NCBI GenBank assembly: GCA_900540365.1
Contig: UQFN01000001.1
Coordinates: 15,944 to 79,943, forward strand
Direction: 5' to 3'
DNA: 64,000 nt
DNA from: an uncultured Mollicutes bacterium
GTDB lineage: Bacteria; Bacillota_I; Bacilli_A; RFN20; CAG-826
In this document: piece after piece, positions 51,031-60,983 of the stretch
Numbering within the stretch: position 1 is the first letter of the stretch
Layout: the number at the start of each line of letters is the position of its first letter
Notes under the pieces: model-generated
The model's database searches: none
The model's input: only the letters and a program-made list of their open reading frames with translations
Told to the model about the DNA's origin: nothing
Position numbers and translations under genes: made by a program

Positions 51031-51990
51031 TTATTTCTTCATTTCCACTAAAGGAATGTTGTTTTCATTGCAATACTTGCGAATGGCTTCTTTATTTTCG
51101 ACTGAAGCGTCAACTCCTAAGATGATCTTTTTGATCTTTGGCGCAGGAGTTCTAGTGTTTGCGTCTCCTAAAATTCGCCACTCGTTTTGATACTCCCACT
51201 GCTTGTATTTAGTTATAAACAGTCTTAAATATTGAGAAGTGTCTGGCTTTATTTGATGGCTCGACATGCCGAATACCATTTGTCCTATGAAATTAGCCAC
51301 TATAGACATCACAATGTTCGTTTCTCTTTCGTCTTGATAAATTACAGGAAACAATATGTTTGGTGTCTTAAAATCGCTAAAATCATATTCGACGCAATAT
51401 CCACTATTCTTGCCAGCATAGTTCTCCCACATGTATTCATTATCAGCATCCTCACAAAGTGAACAAATACCCATTTTTTGTCTTGCTTCATAAGCTCCAA
51501 GAATTAATGTTTTTATTTGTTCATTCATTCCAGGTTCATCAAGCTTCTGAGGAATATTGACCAAGTAATTAACGATGGGAGCTGTGTTAGCACCAGGGAC
51601 TAGCTCATCTATTTCTGGTTGAATATCCAAAAGATGATTTGGTCTAACGGTTCCGTTTCTATTTAGAATCTGACTAATCAACAGCTGTATTTGCTCAAAG
51701 TTCTCTTTGCTTGTATAAGGCCTAATAAATTCCATTATTTGAAAAACACACTGTCTCTTTAGTCCATCTTTCTCTAAGTCATACAAGTTTTGCATATTGA
51801 GGGATGTCATACATTCAGTAGGATCATCCAACTTCTCAGCAACGCATAAGAAAAGATATTTGTTTTCAAACATGTCGAATGTGTGTTCATCAAACGGTCT
51901 ATATTTGAAAAGAGACGCAGGCCCTTTATAAGACGCATCTCTATTCATCAAAATATAGTTAATATAATAAAGCCTTTCGTTATGGTTCAT
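51031..51990 (-). CDS. DUF2971-family protein
   Basis: The N-terminal signature (SLFKYRPF...ENKYLFLCVAEKLDDPTECM) is consistent with DUF2971 (LYKYRSF...fNDPfE). 319 aa, immediately downstream of hsdR. Confidence 0.5.
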   Translation of the reverse strand: MNHNERLYYINYILMNRDASYKGPASLFKYRPFDEHTFDMFENKYLFLCVAEKLDDPTECMTSLNMQNLYDLEKDGLKRQCVFQIMEFIRPYTSKENFEQIQLLISQILNRNGTVRPNHLLDIQPEIDELVPGANTAPIVNYLVNIPQKLDEPGMNEQIKTLILGAYEARQKMGICSLCEDADNEYMWENYAGKNSGYCVEYDFSDFKTPNILFPVIYQDERETNIVMSIVANFIGQMVFGMSSHQIKPDTSQYLRLFITKYKQWEYQNEWRILGDANTRTPAPKIKKIILGVDASVENKEAIRKYCNENNIPLVEMKK

Positions 51991-52001
51991 AAATCATACT
52001 A

Positions 52002-55000
52002 TTAAGCTTTAATTTTCTTTTCTTTCCATATTTCTAACAAAACCCAGTGTAAGCAGTCGTTTCTAAAATCAAAATCAGCTATTTTTGTAACAAATGAGTA
52101 AACATTAGGGTTGTTAGTAAGAACCTTATAAACGTTGCATTTGTTATCCATACAATTCATGAAAATGATTTTTTCAAATTCATCAAAGGTTTGACAATAG
52201 GCAAGAACATTTATGCAGAAAGAATTATTCAATAAGAATTCCATAAATTCTTTAAAGATTGGTTCTGTCGGAGATAATCCAAGGTTTTCGTTGAATACCT
52301 TCACAGCCTCTTCTAAAGTACTTGTTTCAGGTTTTTTTGAAGTTGGTTTTCTATTTGCACCACTTGAACCAGTCATCTCTTTACCATCGCCATATTCCGG
52401 ATCGCTGATTGATTCATTCTTAGTAATGCAAATGTTAGTAAATTTTACCAACTCACTCAAATCCTTTATCGACAAAACATTTGTTCTTAACTTAATGCAA
52501 GCAAGAAGATAGGAATAGAACACGTCTTTATCCCTTAATCTCCTGTCATTAAGTATTGTTTTTTGTATACAAATATCATACATACGGACAAAGTTACGAA
52601 TTACCCATAGTTTGTCTTTTTTATACTTTTGCTGTTCTATCAAATCCTTAGAGAATGCTTTAGCATCGTTTTCAAATTTAATTCTAATTCTGGCTACAAT
52701 TTGTGTTAATGCCAAATAGGCAGAATCATCTTTTTTGTAAGAAGCAGATTGTAGATAAACTGCGCCTGCATGAATTTCTTCTTCTGTTGCGAGTCTTAAT
52801 GCATCAAGATTCTTTTCAAGCTTGTAGATATCGTCAAAATCATCTTTTCTGTAATATTTGGCGTCAACATAGAAAGTGTTAAATGCGTCCAGAATATCGT
52901 TGTATTCATTAACAAAATCTAAAACAAATGTTCGTTTTTCAGGATATTCAGGACACACCCTATTTAATCTCGATAATGTTTGGACAGCCTTGACTCCTTT
53001 GAGTGGAGTATCAACAAGCATCATAGATAAATATTGCTCATCAAAACCAGTAGTATACTTATCAGCAACTACTAAGAATTTATATTCTTTATTCTTGTGG
53101 AAAACTTCTTCAAGCGGATCGGTCAAATTGTTAAAGTCGTTTTCTTCATATTTAATGCCTTTAATCTCTAAAACATCTGAATAAGCAATTAAAGCTTTAT
53201 AAGAGAGACCATTGTCCGCGAAATACTTATTCAAAGCAATATAGTACTTCAATGCAGCTTCTCTTCTTCCGGTCACAATCATTGCTTTCAAATTACCATC
53301 CAAGTCATTTACGCGAGAATAGAAGAATCCCATGAAAATATTGACCTTTTTCTCAATGATTTTCTCATCCAACAAAGTTGCATCGGTAAGAGTTTTATTG
53401 GTTTTATCCAAATCAACTAATAGGTCTTGTTCTTTAATACATTGTGCTTTGCAATATAGAGAATAAGTGTTGTAATTCTTAAGAACATCTAGAATGAATC
53501 CTTCATCGATGGCTTGTTTCATTGTATATGAGAAGAAAGGCTTGTATTCTTTTCTTCCTTGTTCGTCCAAAACTGGTTGTCCATTTTCATCCACAACAAC
53601 ATCACCAAATATTTCTCTGGTTTCCTTTTTAGGCGTTGCTGTAAATGCTATGAAGGTGACGTTCTTCAATCTACCTTCAACTTTATCCATTCTGTCATTG
53701 ATAAGATCTGCGATTTGCTCTGAGGTAAATTCTTTATCTTTTAGATAATCGTTTAACGATTCCTTATCGTCTATCGAGAATGAAGTTTTAATATCATTCA
53801 TGTATTGACCGGATGTAGAGTCATGTCCTTCGTCAATTAAAACAGCAAACTTTTTATTTTTCGTTGAAGAAATACCATCAACGGCATCAGGGAATTTTTG
53901 CATGTTAGCAACAATTATGCGGTCTCCGGAGTTAATGGAACTCTTTAATTTTGCTGAACTAGTTGGTTTAACTACAAAGCCAGTTTGATGATCAATTTTA
54001 TTCATTGCTTGATCCAACTGTTTATTAATTACTAATCTGTTAGAAACAATAATCACGCTGTCAAAAATAGGTTTATTGTTACAGTTGTTTAAGTAAGCAA
54101 GTTTGTAAGCGGTCCACACAATCATGAATGTTTTGCCTGAACCAGCTGCAGCTGCTATTAAATAATTCTTTAAATCGTCTTTTGTAAATTTATCTAAAAC
54201 ATCTTCAATTATATTGTTTGTACATTTAAATTGATGATAACGAGGAAAGATCATTGAATCTTTTTCGCCAAAAATGAAGTTTTGAATAAGATTAGAAATA
54301 CCTTCCTTGGTCATTATTTCTTCCCAGAAGTATTCGACTGGATAATGTGGGTACTCAGTATCAGGATTTCCGGCACCACCATCATTGCCCTGGTTAAATG
54401 GCAAGAAATCAGCATCTTTTGACAGATTGGCGCACATCGATATATGAAGTCTGTCCATCGCAAATGAACATATGATGTGTCTGAAATAAGCAGATGTATG
54501 ATCTCTATCATTCTTTAATTGATATTCAGCATCTTGATACGTTTGAGTAGTTCCGTTTTTTATTTCCACTGCAAAAAGATGCAGACCATTAACGCCAATA
54601 GAAACATCAATGCGATCACTAGTACCTAAATAATTTAGTTCTTTCACGACAAAAAAGCGGTTCTTTTTGTAACGTTCATACTCTTCGGGATTAATTGTAT
54701 TGTTAGGCTTAGTGTAAAAAATGAAGAGCTGTTCTTTTGCACAACCGGCTGGTTGAATGTAAATACCTTTGACTAAAGCTTTAATTATTCCGTCTTTAGA
54801 CAATGCTTCGTATATTAAACTTAATAAATCGCTTTCTGAGCATTCTCTTAATAGCTTTTCTGTGACTTTTGGTTGAGTATCTTTGAGAAACTCAAAGAGT
54901 AAGTTTTTATCCAAGGCATAGGTTGATATGTAATTCGCGCCAACATTGCCGAGCGAATCTTTAAGCTTTTCATATACTATTCTTTTTTCAAATGACATTT

Positions 55001-55043
55001 CGTTAGGCATTGGTATCCATCCCCTTTCCGTGTATTCGTTCAT
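52002..55043 (-). CDS. hsdR: Type I restriction enzyme R subunit (HsdR)
   Basis: 1013 aa. Walker A (AAAGSGKTFM), DEAH-like motif II (VLIDEGHDS), helicase motifs in the C-terminal RecA domain, and an N-terminal HsdR_N nuclease region. Its start region overlaps hsdS. Confidence 0.85.
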   Translation of the reverse strand: MNEYTERGWIPMPNEMSFEKRIVYEKLKDSLGNVGANYISTYALDKNLLFEFLKDTQPKVTEKLLRECSESDLLSLIYEALSKDGIIKALVKGIYIQPAGCAKEQLFIFYTKPNNTINPEEYERYKKNRFFVVKELNYLGTSDRIDVSIGVNGLHLFAVEIKNGTTQTYQDAEYQLKNDRDHTSAYFRHIICSFAMDRLHISMCANLSKDADFLPFNQGNDGGAGNPDTEYPHYPVEYFWEEIMTKEGISNLIQNFIFGEKDSMIFPRYHQFKCTNNIIEDVLDKFTKDDLKNYLIAAAAGSGKTFMIVWTAYKLAYLNNCNNKPIFDSVIIVSNRLVINKQLDQAMNKIDHQTGFVVKPTSSAKLKSSINSGDRIIVANMQKFPDAVDGISSTKNKKFAVLIDEGHDSTSGQYMNDIKTSFSIDDKESLNDYLKDKEFTSEQIADLINDRMDKVEGRLKNVTFIAFTATPKKETREIFGDVVVDENGQPVLDEQGRKEYKPFFSYTMKQAIDEGFILDVLKNYNTYSLYCKAQCIKEQDLLVDLDKTNKTLTDATLLDEKIIEKKVNIFMGFFYSRVNDLDGNLKAMIVTGRREAALKYYIALNKYFADNGLSYKALIAYSDVLEIKGIKYEENDFNNLTDPLEEVFHKNKEYKFLVVADKYTTGFDEQYLSMMLVDTPLKGVKAVQTLSRLNRVCPEYPEKRTFVLDFVNEYNDILDAFNTFYVDAKYYRKDDFDDIYKLEKNLDALRLATEEEIHAGAVYLQSASYKKDDSAYLALTQIVARIRIKFENDAKAFSKDLIEQQKYKKDKLWVIRNFVRMYDICIQKTILNDRRLRDKDVFYSYLLACIKLRTNVLSIKDLSELVKFTNICITKNESISDPEYGDGKEMTGSSGANRKPTSKKPETSTLEEAVKVFNENLGLSPTEPIFKEFMEFLLNNSFCINVLAYCQTFDEFEKIIFMNCMDNKCNVYKVLTNNPNVYSFVTKIADFDFRNDCLHWVLLEIWKEKKIKA

Positions 55044-56247
55044 AAATAATAGATTTTTTAAATTGTTTTAATTTCTCTATTTTTTCAGTTTTAAGTTTAA
55101 TCAACGAATTAATTACCGCTACTTTTTTATCCAAATAATTAACGATTTCTTTTTGCTCAGCAATTGGAGGGAGAGGAAATTGAAAATTCCCGAATTGTTC
55201 TTGATAGAGGTGTATAATTGTACTTTGTCCCCTTTGATTATAATCAAACCACTCCCAAAAAATATTACTTGAAAGGCAATAAAACAAGTATTTATTAATG
55301 TATTTACCTGACTCGTTTCTAATCAACATAATTCCACTATTAAGAGATGTTTTATAAGGCAAACCTTGAACAATAGCAACTTTGCCAACAGTGCCGTCTT
55401 TTGTTATTAAGAGATCGTTTTCTTTAATCTGAATCTGATAAGCTTCTTTGTATCTTGCCTCAGTAATATGAGTGCATGTGTCCCAATTGATTGTTCCATC
55501 TAAAAAATCAGTCCCAGTTATTAAAAATGGCCCTTCATCCTTGTACTCTTCAGCCTTTAATCCTTGCCATCCAATTCTTCCTTTAAGATAGCAATGATGT
55601 TTTATTTTTGCTAGCTCCCAATCTATAGGTAATTCACCTATAAAATGGTTTTTCGTTTTTTTCTTTTTCGACTTTCTGAGTCCATTTTTGCAAAGCTCAG
55701 AAATGAGGCTGTATCTATAGGCTCTCAATTTTTCGATTTCTTGTTCTTCAAAAGAGAGGGAGTCATTAATTTTGCTAATTGAGTTATTCAGTTCGTTGAC
55801 AATCTTTATTTGTTCCTCGTTGGAACGTGTAGGTATGTAAAAATTCTTTATATCATTTGTCGAAATATTAGGCTGTGCGGATCCCATCGAAGTAAGCCTA
55901 ACAAAATCTAAAAACATATCATCTAATAGGCAATATTTCAAATACTCTGGTCTTACGCAGCGCGGCCTTATAATACCAACTCGCTGGTTAATACAAGCCG
56001 GTTTATCATCGTCAAAAAGTCCGCTTTTTCCAACGGTGGCGCCACTAAGAGCAACAAGAACATCATTTCTTTTAACGGTATATGGTGACAATCTAGGATC
56101 AAATTGAACACCATAGCATTTTTGAATATCTATTTTTTCATCGACGTCTGTAATTCTAATCACAGGAAAAGGATTCGAATAATCAAAACTGATTGGTTTA
56201 AAAGCAAAACCATTTATTAAATCTGCTATGTATTTAATTCTAATCAT
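55003..56247 (-). CDS. hsdS: Type I RM specificity subunit (HsdS), two target-recognition domains
   Basis: Two TRDs separated by a coiled-coil conserved region. Conserved blocks: ALSGATVGKSG, GSAQPNISTNDIKNF, LPPIAEQKEIV. It overlaps hsdM by 8 nt. Confidence 0.85.
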   Translation of the reverse strand: MIRIKYIADLINGFAFKPISFDYSNPFPVIRITDVDEKIDIQKCYGVQFDPRLSPYTVKRNDVLVALSGATVGKSGLFDDDKPACINQRVGIIRPRCVRPEYLKYCLLDDMFLDFVRLTSMGSAQPNISTNDIKNFYIPTRSNEEQIKIVNELNNSISKINDSLSFEEQEIEKLRAYRYSLISELCKNGLRKSKKKKTKNHFIGELPIDWELAKIKHHCYLKGRIGWQGLKAEEYKDEGPFLITGTDFLDGTINWDTCTHITEARYKEAYQIQIKENDLLITKDGTVGKVAIVQGLPYKTSLNSGIMLIRNESGKYINKYLFYCLSSNIFWEWFDYNQRGQSTIIHLYQEQFGNFQFPLPPIAEQKEIVNYLDKKVAVINSLIKLKTEKIEKLKQFKKSIIYERIHGKGMDTNA

Positions 56248-58243
56248 TGAATAATTCCTCGATCAGGCCCTTTTCTTTGCTGATTATATTTTTCAAATCC
56301 GCCAAAACCGCTGACGAAGATATTGGTTCTTTATACTTATAAAAAAACTTATTGAAATTTATCTCGCACCCAACCTTAGTAACATAGTCATCTGTAAACC
56401 AGGCATCAAGCAAATAAGGTTTAACATTTTCTTCAAAATAAGCATCAACAGATTTGCTATACTCAACAAATTCGCTATCGTTTAATTCAGAATCTGGTTT
56501 CAAACCTGTTTTGGTTTTTTTATCTGGATAAGTCTTTGAAGTGTTATCTTTTTCTGAAAAAGCCATCGCAATTGCTTTGATGTATTTGTCTTGCAGGGAA
56601 GGGAAAATGTTTTTAATAATTCTAACGAAAGCATTCATGTCATCATATACGATTTCATTAAAATTGTTATTCAAGGTGGTCAATATTTGGTCTTGTAATA
56701 CTTTCCCATCTTTTAATTTTCTAATTTTTTCCAGGTTTTCTAATGTAGCTTCTTTATTAAGTAAATCTTCAAGCTCTTCCTCATCAAAAAGCGAAGAAAA
56801 CGCATTCTGAGAATAAAGATTATCAATACGCTCTCTACACAATTTAAAATTCCTTCTAAATGGTTGTTGAATCGTTACTTCATAATAGTAGAACTCTTCT
56901 TTTTTTACATATTTGACTAATTCTGAAGGCTTATTAACATCAAATTTTGAATAAAGATTAACTATATTTTCAATGTCTTCAGAAGTCATTTCTTTTCTTT
57001 TATAACCAATTCCTTTTTTAAGATTGTGAAAAAAAGATGAAGCATCAATAATTTGTATCCACCCTTTTCTCTTTTGAGATTTGCCGTTTTTACTTATAAC
57101 CCAAGCATAAATTGATATACCAGTATCAATGAAGCCTTGATCAGGCAACTTTATAATAGCTTCAACATAGTCTCTGTCTAATAACCATTTTCTGATTTTG
57201 CTTTCTCCTGATAATGTTGCACCACTAAACAATGGTGATCCGTTTGAAAGTAATGCTGCTCTGCCTTTATCTTTCAATTTTCTTATTGCGGCCTTCCAAA
57301 ATAGCATTTGATTGTCCGTTGATGTAGGAAGATCGTCGCCAAGCAAATTTTTAATAGTATCTTCGTCTGCTTTTTTTCTACCGCAGCCATAAGGAGCGTT
57401 CTGAAGGACATAATCAAAATCGTCGTTTGGAAATGGATCTTCTTTCAATGTATCTGCAACAACGAAGTTCTCTGCCTTTTGACCAATCATAAGTTGTTCA
57501 GCCTTACAAATTGCAATACTTAAATCACTATTATCCTGGCCATACACAACAACATTGTTCATCGGGTTCATTGCCGTTACAGTTTTTTCAAAATGGCTTG
57601 TTAGCTGTCCAGAGCCAACACAATTATCTAGTAGCGTAACATAATTGAATCCATTTTTTAGATGTTCGCACCCTTCAGCAAGCAAAAGCTTGGTTAGTAA
57701 TTCGACAAAATCCGATGGAGTCCAGTTTTGACCATTTTCTACTGTGCCATAAACCATGCAAATCAATTGGCCGAATAGTTTTCCCATCTCTGTATTATCC
57801 ATAACGCCTAAATCAAGCGCATCAAACTTCTTAAGAACGCCATAAAGAGTTCCTTTGTCATCTAACGCCTTTGCTGTTTTAACGAGGTCCAACCCTTTTT
57901 CACCGAAAATAAAGGTAACGTTATCTGAAAAGCCTTCGATCATTTTCTTGGTGTTGGAATAGTATTTTTGTGGATCGGAGAGCAAATCATGGAATGTCAT
58001 TTTGCAGACGTTGTAATATCCATGCCCAGATTCAGAAAGAAGTTTTTGCTTATCAATTGTGCCTTCTTTTTTCATTTTTGCATATGCTTTATCAACCGCT
58101 TCTTGTGTATCTTTAAGAAGGCCCATCAATCTTTTTAAGATTGTAAAGCCTAAAATTGTGTCACGATAGTAATCTTGCATGCTATCTTTACGCAAAATAT
58201 CTTGAACACTCTTTATATCGTTAAAATAATTTCTTGTATCCAT
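56240..58243 (-). CDS. hsdM: Type I RM N6-adenine DNA methyltransferase (HsdM)
   Basis: 667 aa. N-terminal HsdM_N domain, motif I (LDNCVGSGQL), motif IV (NAPYG), then a C-terminal helical region. Confidence 0.85.
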   Translation of the reverse strand: MDTRNYFNDIKSVQDILRKDSMQDYYRDTILGFTILKRLMGLLKDTQEAVDKAYAKMKKEGTIDKQKLLSESGHGYYNVCKMTFHDLLSDPQKYYSNTKKMIEGFSDNVTFIFGEKGLDLVKTAKALDDKGTLYGVLKKFDALDLGVMDNTEMGKLFGQLICMVYGTVENGQNWTPSDFVELLTKLLLAEGCEHLKNGFNYVTLLDNCVGSGQLTSHFEKTVTAMNPMNNVVVYGQDNSDLSIAICKAEQLMIGQKAENFVVADTLKEDPFPNDDFDYVLQNAPYGCGRKKADEDTIKNLLGDDLPTSTDNQMLFWKAAIRKLKDKGRAALLSNGSPLFSGATLSGESKIRKWLLDRDYVEAIIKLPDQGFIDTGISIYAWVISKNGKSQKRKGWIQIIDASSFFHNLKKGIGYKRKEMTSEDIENIVNLYSKFDVNKPSELVKYVKKEEFYYYEVTIQQPFRRNFKLCRERIDNLYSQNAFSSLFDEEELEDLLNKEATLENLEKIRKLKDGKVLQDQILTTLNNNFNEIVYDDMNAFVRIIKNIFPSLQDKYIKAIAMAFSEKDNTSKTYPDKKTKTGLKPDSELNDSEFVEYSKSVDAYFEENVKPYLLDAWFTDDYVTKVGCEINFNKFFYKYKEPISSSAVLADLKNIISKEKGLIEELFND

Positions 58244-58329
58244 CTCTTTTGATTCTCCATTCCAATCCCGGGAATCTAAACTTACTTAATTATATCGAAA
58301 TTTAAATTAGTAATCTATCCAAACTATAG

Positions 58330-58881
58330 CTAATAAGTTAGGCATTCTTTAATAAAATTTGTATTTTCTAAACACCTTTCAAAAGCAGATTGCGATAAGG
58401 TTAACACTCCATTTGAATCAGTCATTCTGTGTACCTTAGGGTAATCAGCTGGATTATTTTCGACAGCTGCTAAGAAGCTCGAATTATCTCCAATGCCAAC
58501 ACCTTTATGGTGGACAGGACCAACTATAATGTCACTATAAGCACTGGTGCTGGCTAAGCGGCTGTAATCAAAGTTCGGCTTTACTGCCTGGAATTCGATT
58601 CTATCTGGAGGTATTCCGTATTTCTTTTTGGCTCTTAGTTTCCGATCATTAACATTTGGCAACTCGATAGCTAAGACAAGAATATTGGCCTTTCTAGCGT
58701 TATTTAGATAGAAGTCACAATATGGTTCTGATTCTTGTAACAAATCGATGATGCCATACTGCTCAGCAACTTTTTCTAATTCGCCTGCTGCATTTCCACG
58801 CATTATGGCTAATTGAATTTTGTTAAGGGCTGTATTTAGAAAGTCTTGTAATGATTCTGGTCCTAAAGTCACACTATTCAC
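58330..58881 (-). CDS. hypothetical protein overlapping the 3' end of the HsdM-HsdS fusion gene
   Basis: 183-aa ORF. Its start overlaps the upstream MTase stop by 8 nt, which suggests translational coupling. No motif recognised. Confidence 0.4.
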   Translation of the reverse strand: MNSVTLGPESLQDFLNTALNKIQLAIMRGNAAGELEKVAEQYGIIDLLQESEPYCDFYLNNARKANILVLAIELPNVNDRKLRAKKKYGIPPDRIEFQAVKPNFDYSRLASTSAYSDIIVGPVHHKGVGIGDNSSFLAAVENNPADYPKVHRMTDSNGVLTLSQSAFERCLENTNFIKECLTY

Positions 58882-60664
58882 CTTCTTCCTTATCCCAAAG
58901 GTTATCTAGCATTTTGTTCGCTTTAGACTCTAGGGATTTAAGCCTTTCTTTTTCTGATCTAATTAAATCTCTTAAATCCATATACTCTGAACCAATTCTA
59001 ACTTGGCGATCATAAAGTAAACCTGGAACCGGAATCTTTTTGACGTTATTGATTGATAAGTTAGGAATAATATTGCCGGTTTGATACATTTCCAATACTT
59101 GTCTGCCTAAATCTGACTCAAAATAAGCAACCAGGTAATATGGATCCAGTTTCTTTTTTTTTGGCCTAATGACCATGATGCTTCCGGCTGCAACAATTGG
59201 CTCATCAGTATTTAAATCAACCACCGCAGATTTAACTCTTAATGATTTAGTAGAGATAACAACATCACCTTTTTGAACTTTAAACTTATCAATTGTGTTT
59301 TCTGGGATGTCATATCTTTCTAATTTAGACACAATTGAACCATTTTCAACGTTACTCATTTGAAGCAAACGAGTACCCGTTCCATCTGTTTTATGAATAG
59401 ATTCTAATTTTGCAGAAGGCACTTGCCATCCGGTAAATATATCCGCTAATTCTATTAATTCAGTGGCATTTGGCATTGTTTTTTCAATCTTTTTAAAGTA
59501 AATAGCTGGTGATAATGAATAATCATGCTTGGCAATTTCTTCAGGTGTAAATAAGCATTCACCACTATCGAAAGACTTGCTAAATTCCATAAACAATTCG
59601 TGCGCATTTACACTATTGATTTTTCTATTTTCTTTTTTGAAATATGCTGAACCATCAAACAAGGCAACACGTTCATTCTTTGTGTCTGACAACACTACCA
59701 TTGCTGTACCAATGTTTGTTCTAGTAAAGATATTTGTTGGCAGGGTAATAACGGCTTTAACAAAACCGCAACGGAGCATGTGATCTCTAACTCTCTTGTC
59801 AGCTAAATTGGAAAGAATAGATAGAGGAACAACGGAAATTGCTACACCATCATCTCTATCTAAATAATTCATCATGGCTGATAAGAAGAAATAATCAGAT
59901 GTATCGCCCTGGTTAAGTAAGAATCTGTTAGCGTTGCAATTAAACATTATTTCTCTTTGTCTTGAGTCCTTAACAATGAGTTTTCATGGGAATTCAGAAA
60001 ATACGAGGTTTGAACCAACTCGTGCAGTTTGATGATGCCAGCTATCCTCAAAGCAATTGATATTTCTGACACGGCCTTCAATTTCGTTAGCGTGTAGACG
60101 CATGTTTGCAATAATCGAATTACTAATATTAATTTCAACACCTTCGATGTGTGGGTACTCTTTTGCGGCCTTTAATAAGAAGGAACCCTCTCCACAAGTC
60201 ATGTCAGTGACATTAATTTTTTGCTTTAAGAATTTATTAGCTAATAATAATACTAAATCACTAAGACTATCAGGTGTCGATTCGTCATGAATTGAGTTAC
60301 TAAATGAATAATTAAGCATAGCTAACAATTCGTCTTTAGTGAAATTTGATAATTCTAAACTGATTGCTAAAGGATCGAAACGATATCCCAAACCTTGATT
60401 AGCATAAACCTCTTGAGGTCCGACTTTTGCCGCTTCAACCAACTCTTTCACACTTTTATACGTGTAGCTAGTATCTTCTTCTGTTAAAGCTTTGACCAAT
60501 TTACAGGCTGCATCATCTACGTCGCCTGTTGGGTAATTGTTAAACTTTTCTAAATAAAGATAGTAGGTAAATGCCAACGCCTTTGCAGTATATTCCACCA
60601 AGGAAGCAGGCATGTACATCTTTAAGTTGTTAGTAAATTTCCAAATTTTGTTTTCTAATTCCAC
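58874..60664 (-). pseudogene. gamma-class N6-adenine MTase (HsdM-like N-domain + motif I) fused to a single HsdS-like TRD, interrupted by in-frame TGA
   Basis: The N-terminal ORF (60664-59984) has an HsdM_N-like region and motif I (DMTCGEGSFL), and ends ...VFSEFP-TGA (59984-59986). The same frame continues KLIVKDSRQREIMFNCNANRF... into ORF 59947-58874, whose C-terminal 200 aa is an HsdS-like TRD with a conserved tail (NLSINNVKKIPVPG, RQVRIGSEYMDL...). Confidence 0.65.
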
Positions 60665-60983
60665 GATTGAATCCTCCTTTAATCTTAGCCCAGATTACTT
60701 TTGACAATACCATGATATCCTGCCGATAATACCATGTCAATAAAAAATTAATCTTTGCTTAGATTAGTTTTAATGTTCTACTAGTAGAAAAGTTTTTAAA
60801 ACCTGAAGAATGATCTGCACCCCGTTATGTACATTTTATATCCGTGATTAACACCACTTACAACGTAGGACACAGGCTATCTTTTGTATAATTAATTAAT
60901 ACATTTTGCATTAAGTAAAAGTGGTATTCGTGAGATATAACTCTCTTCAAATTATGACCTTTTTTATTAAAAATGAATGGTTT

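Noticed and set aside
59984-59986. TGA read as Trp (translation table 4), which would make the HsdM-S gene continuous
   Set aside because: Across the entire window, long ORFs are uninterrupted under the standard code and every Trp I checked is TGG. A table-4 Mollicute would show dozens of in-frame TGA codons in 55 kb. A single nonsense mutation is the simpler explanation.
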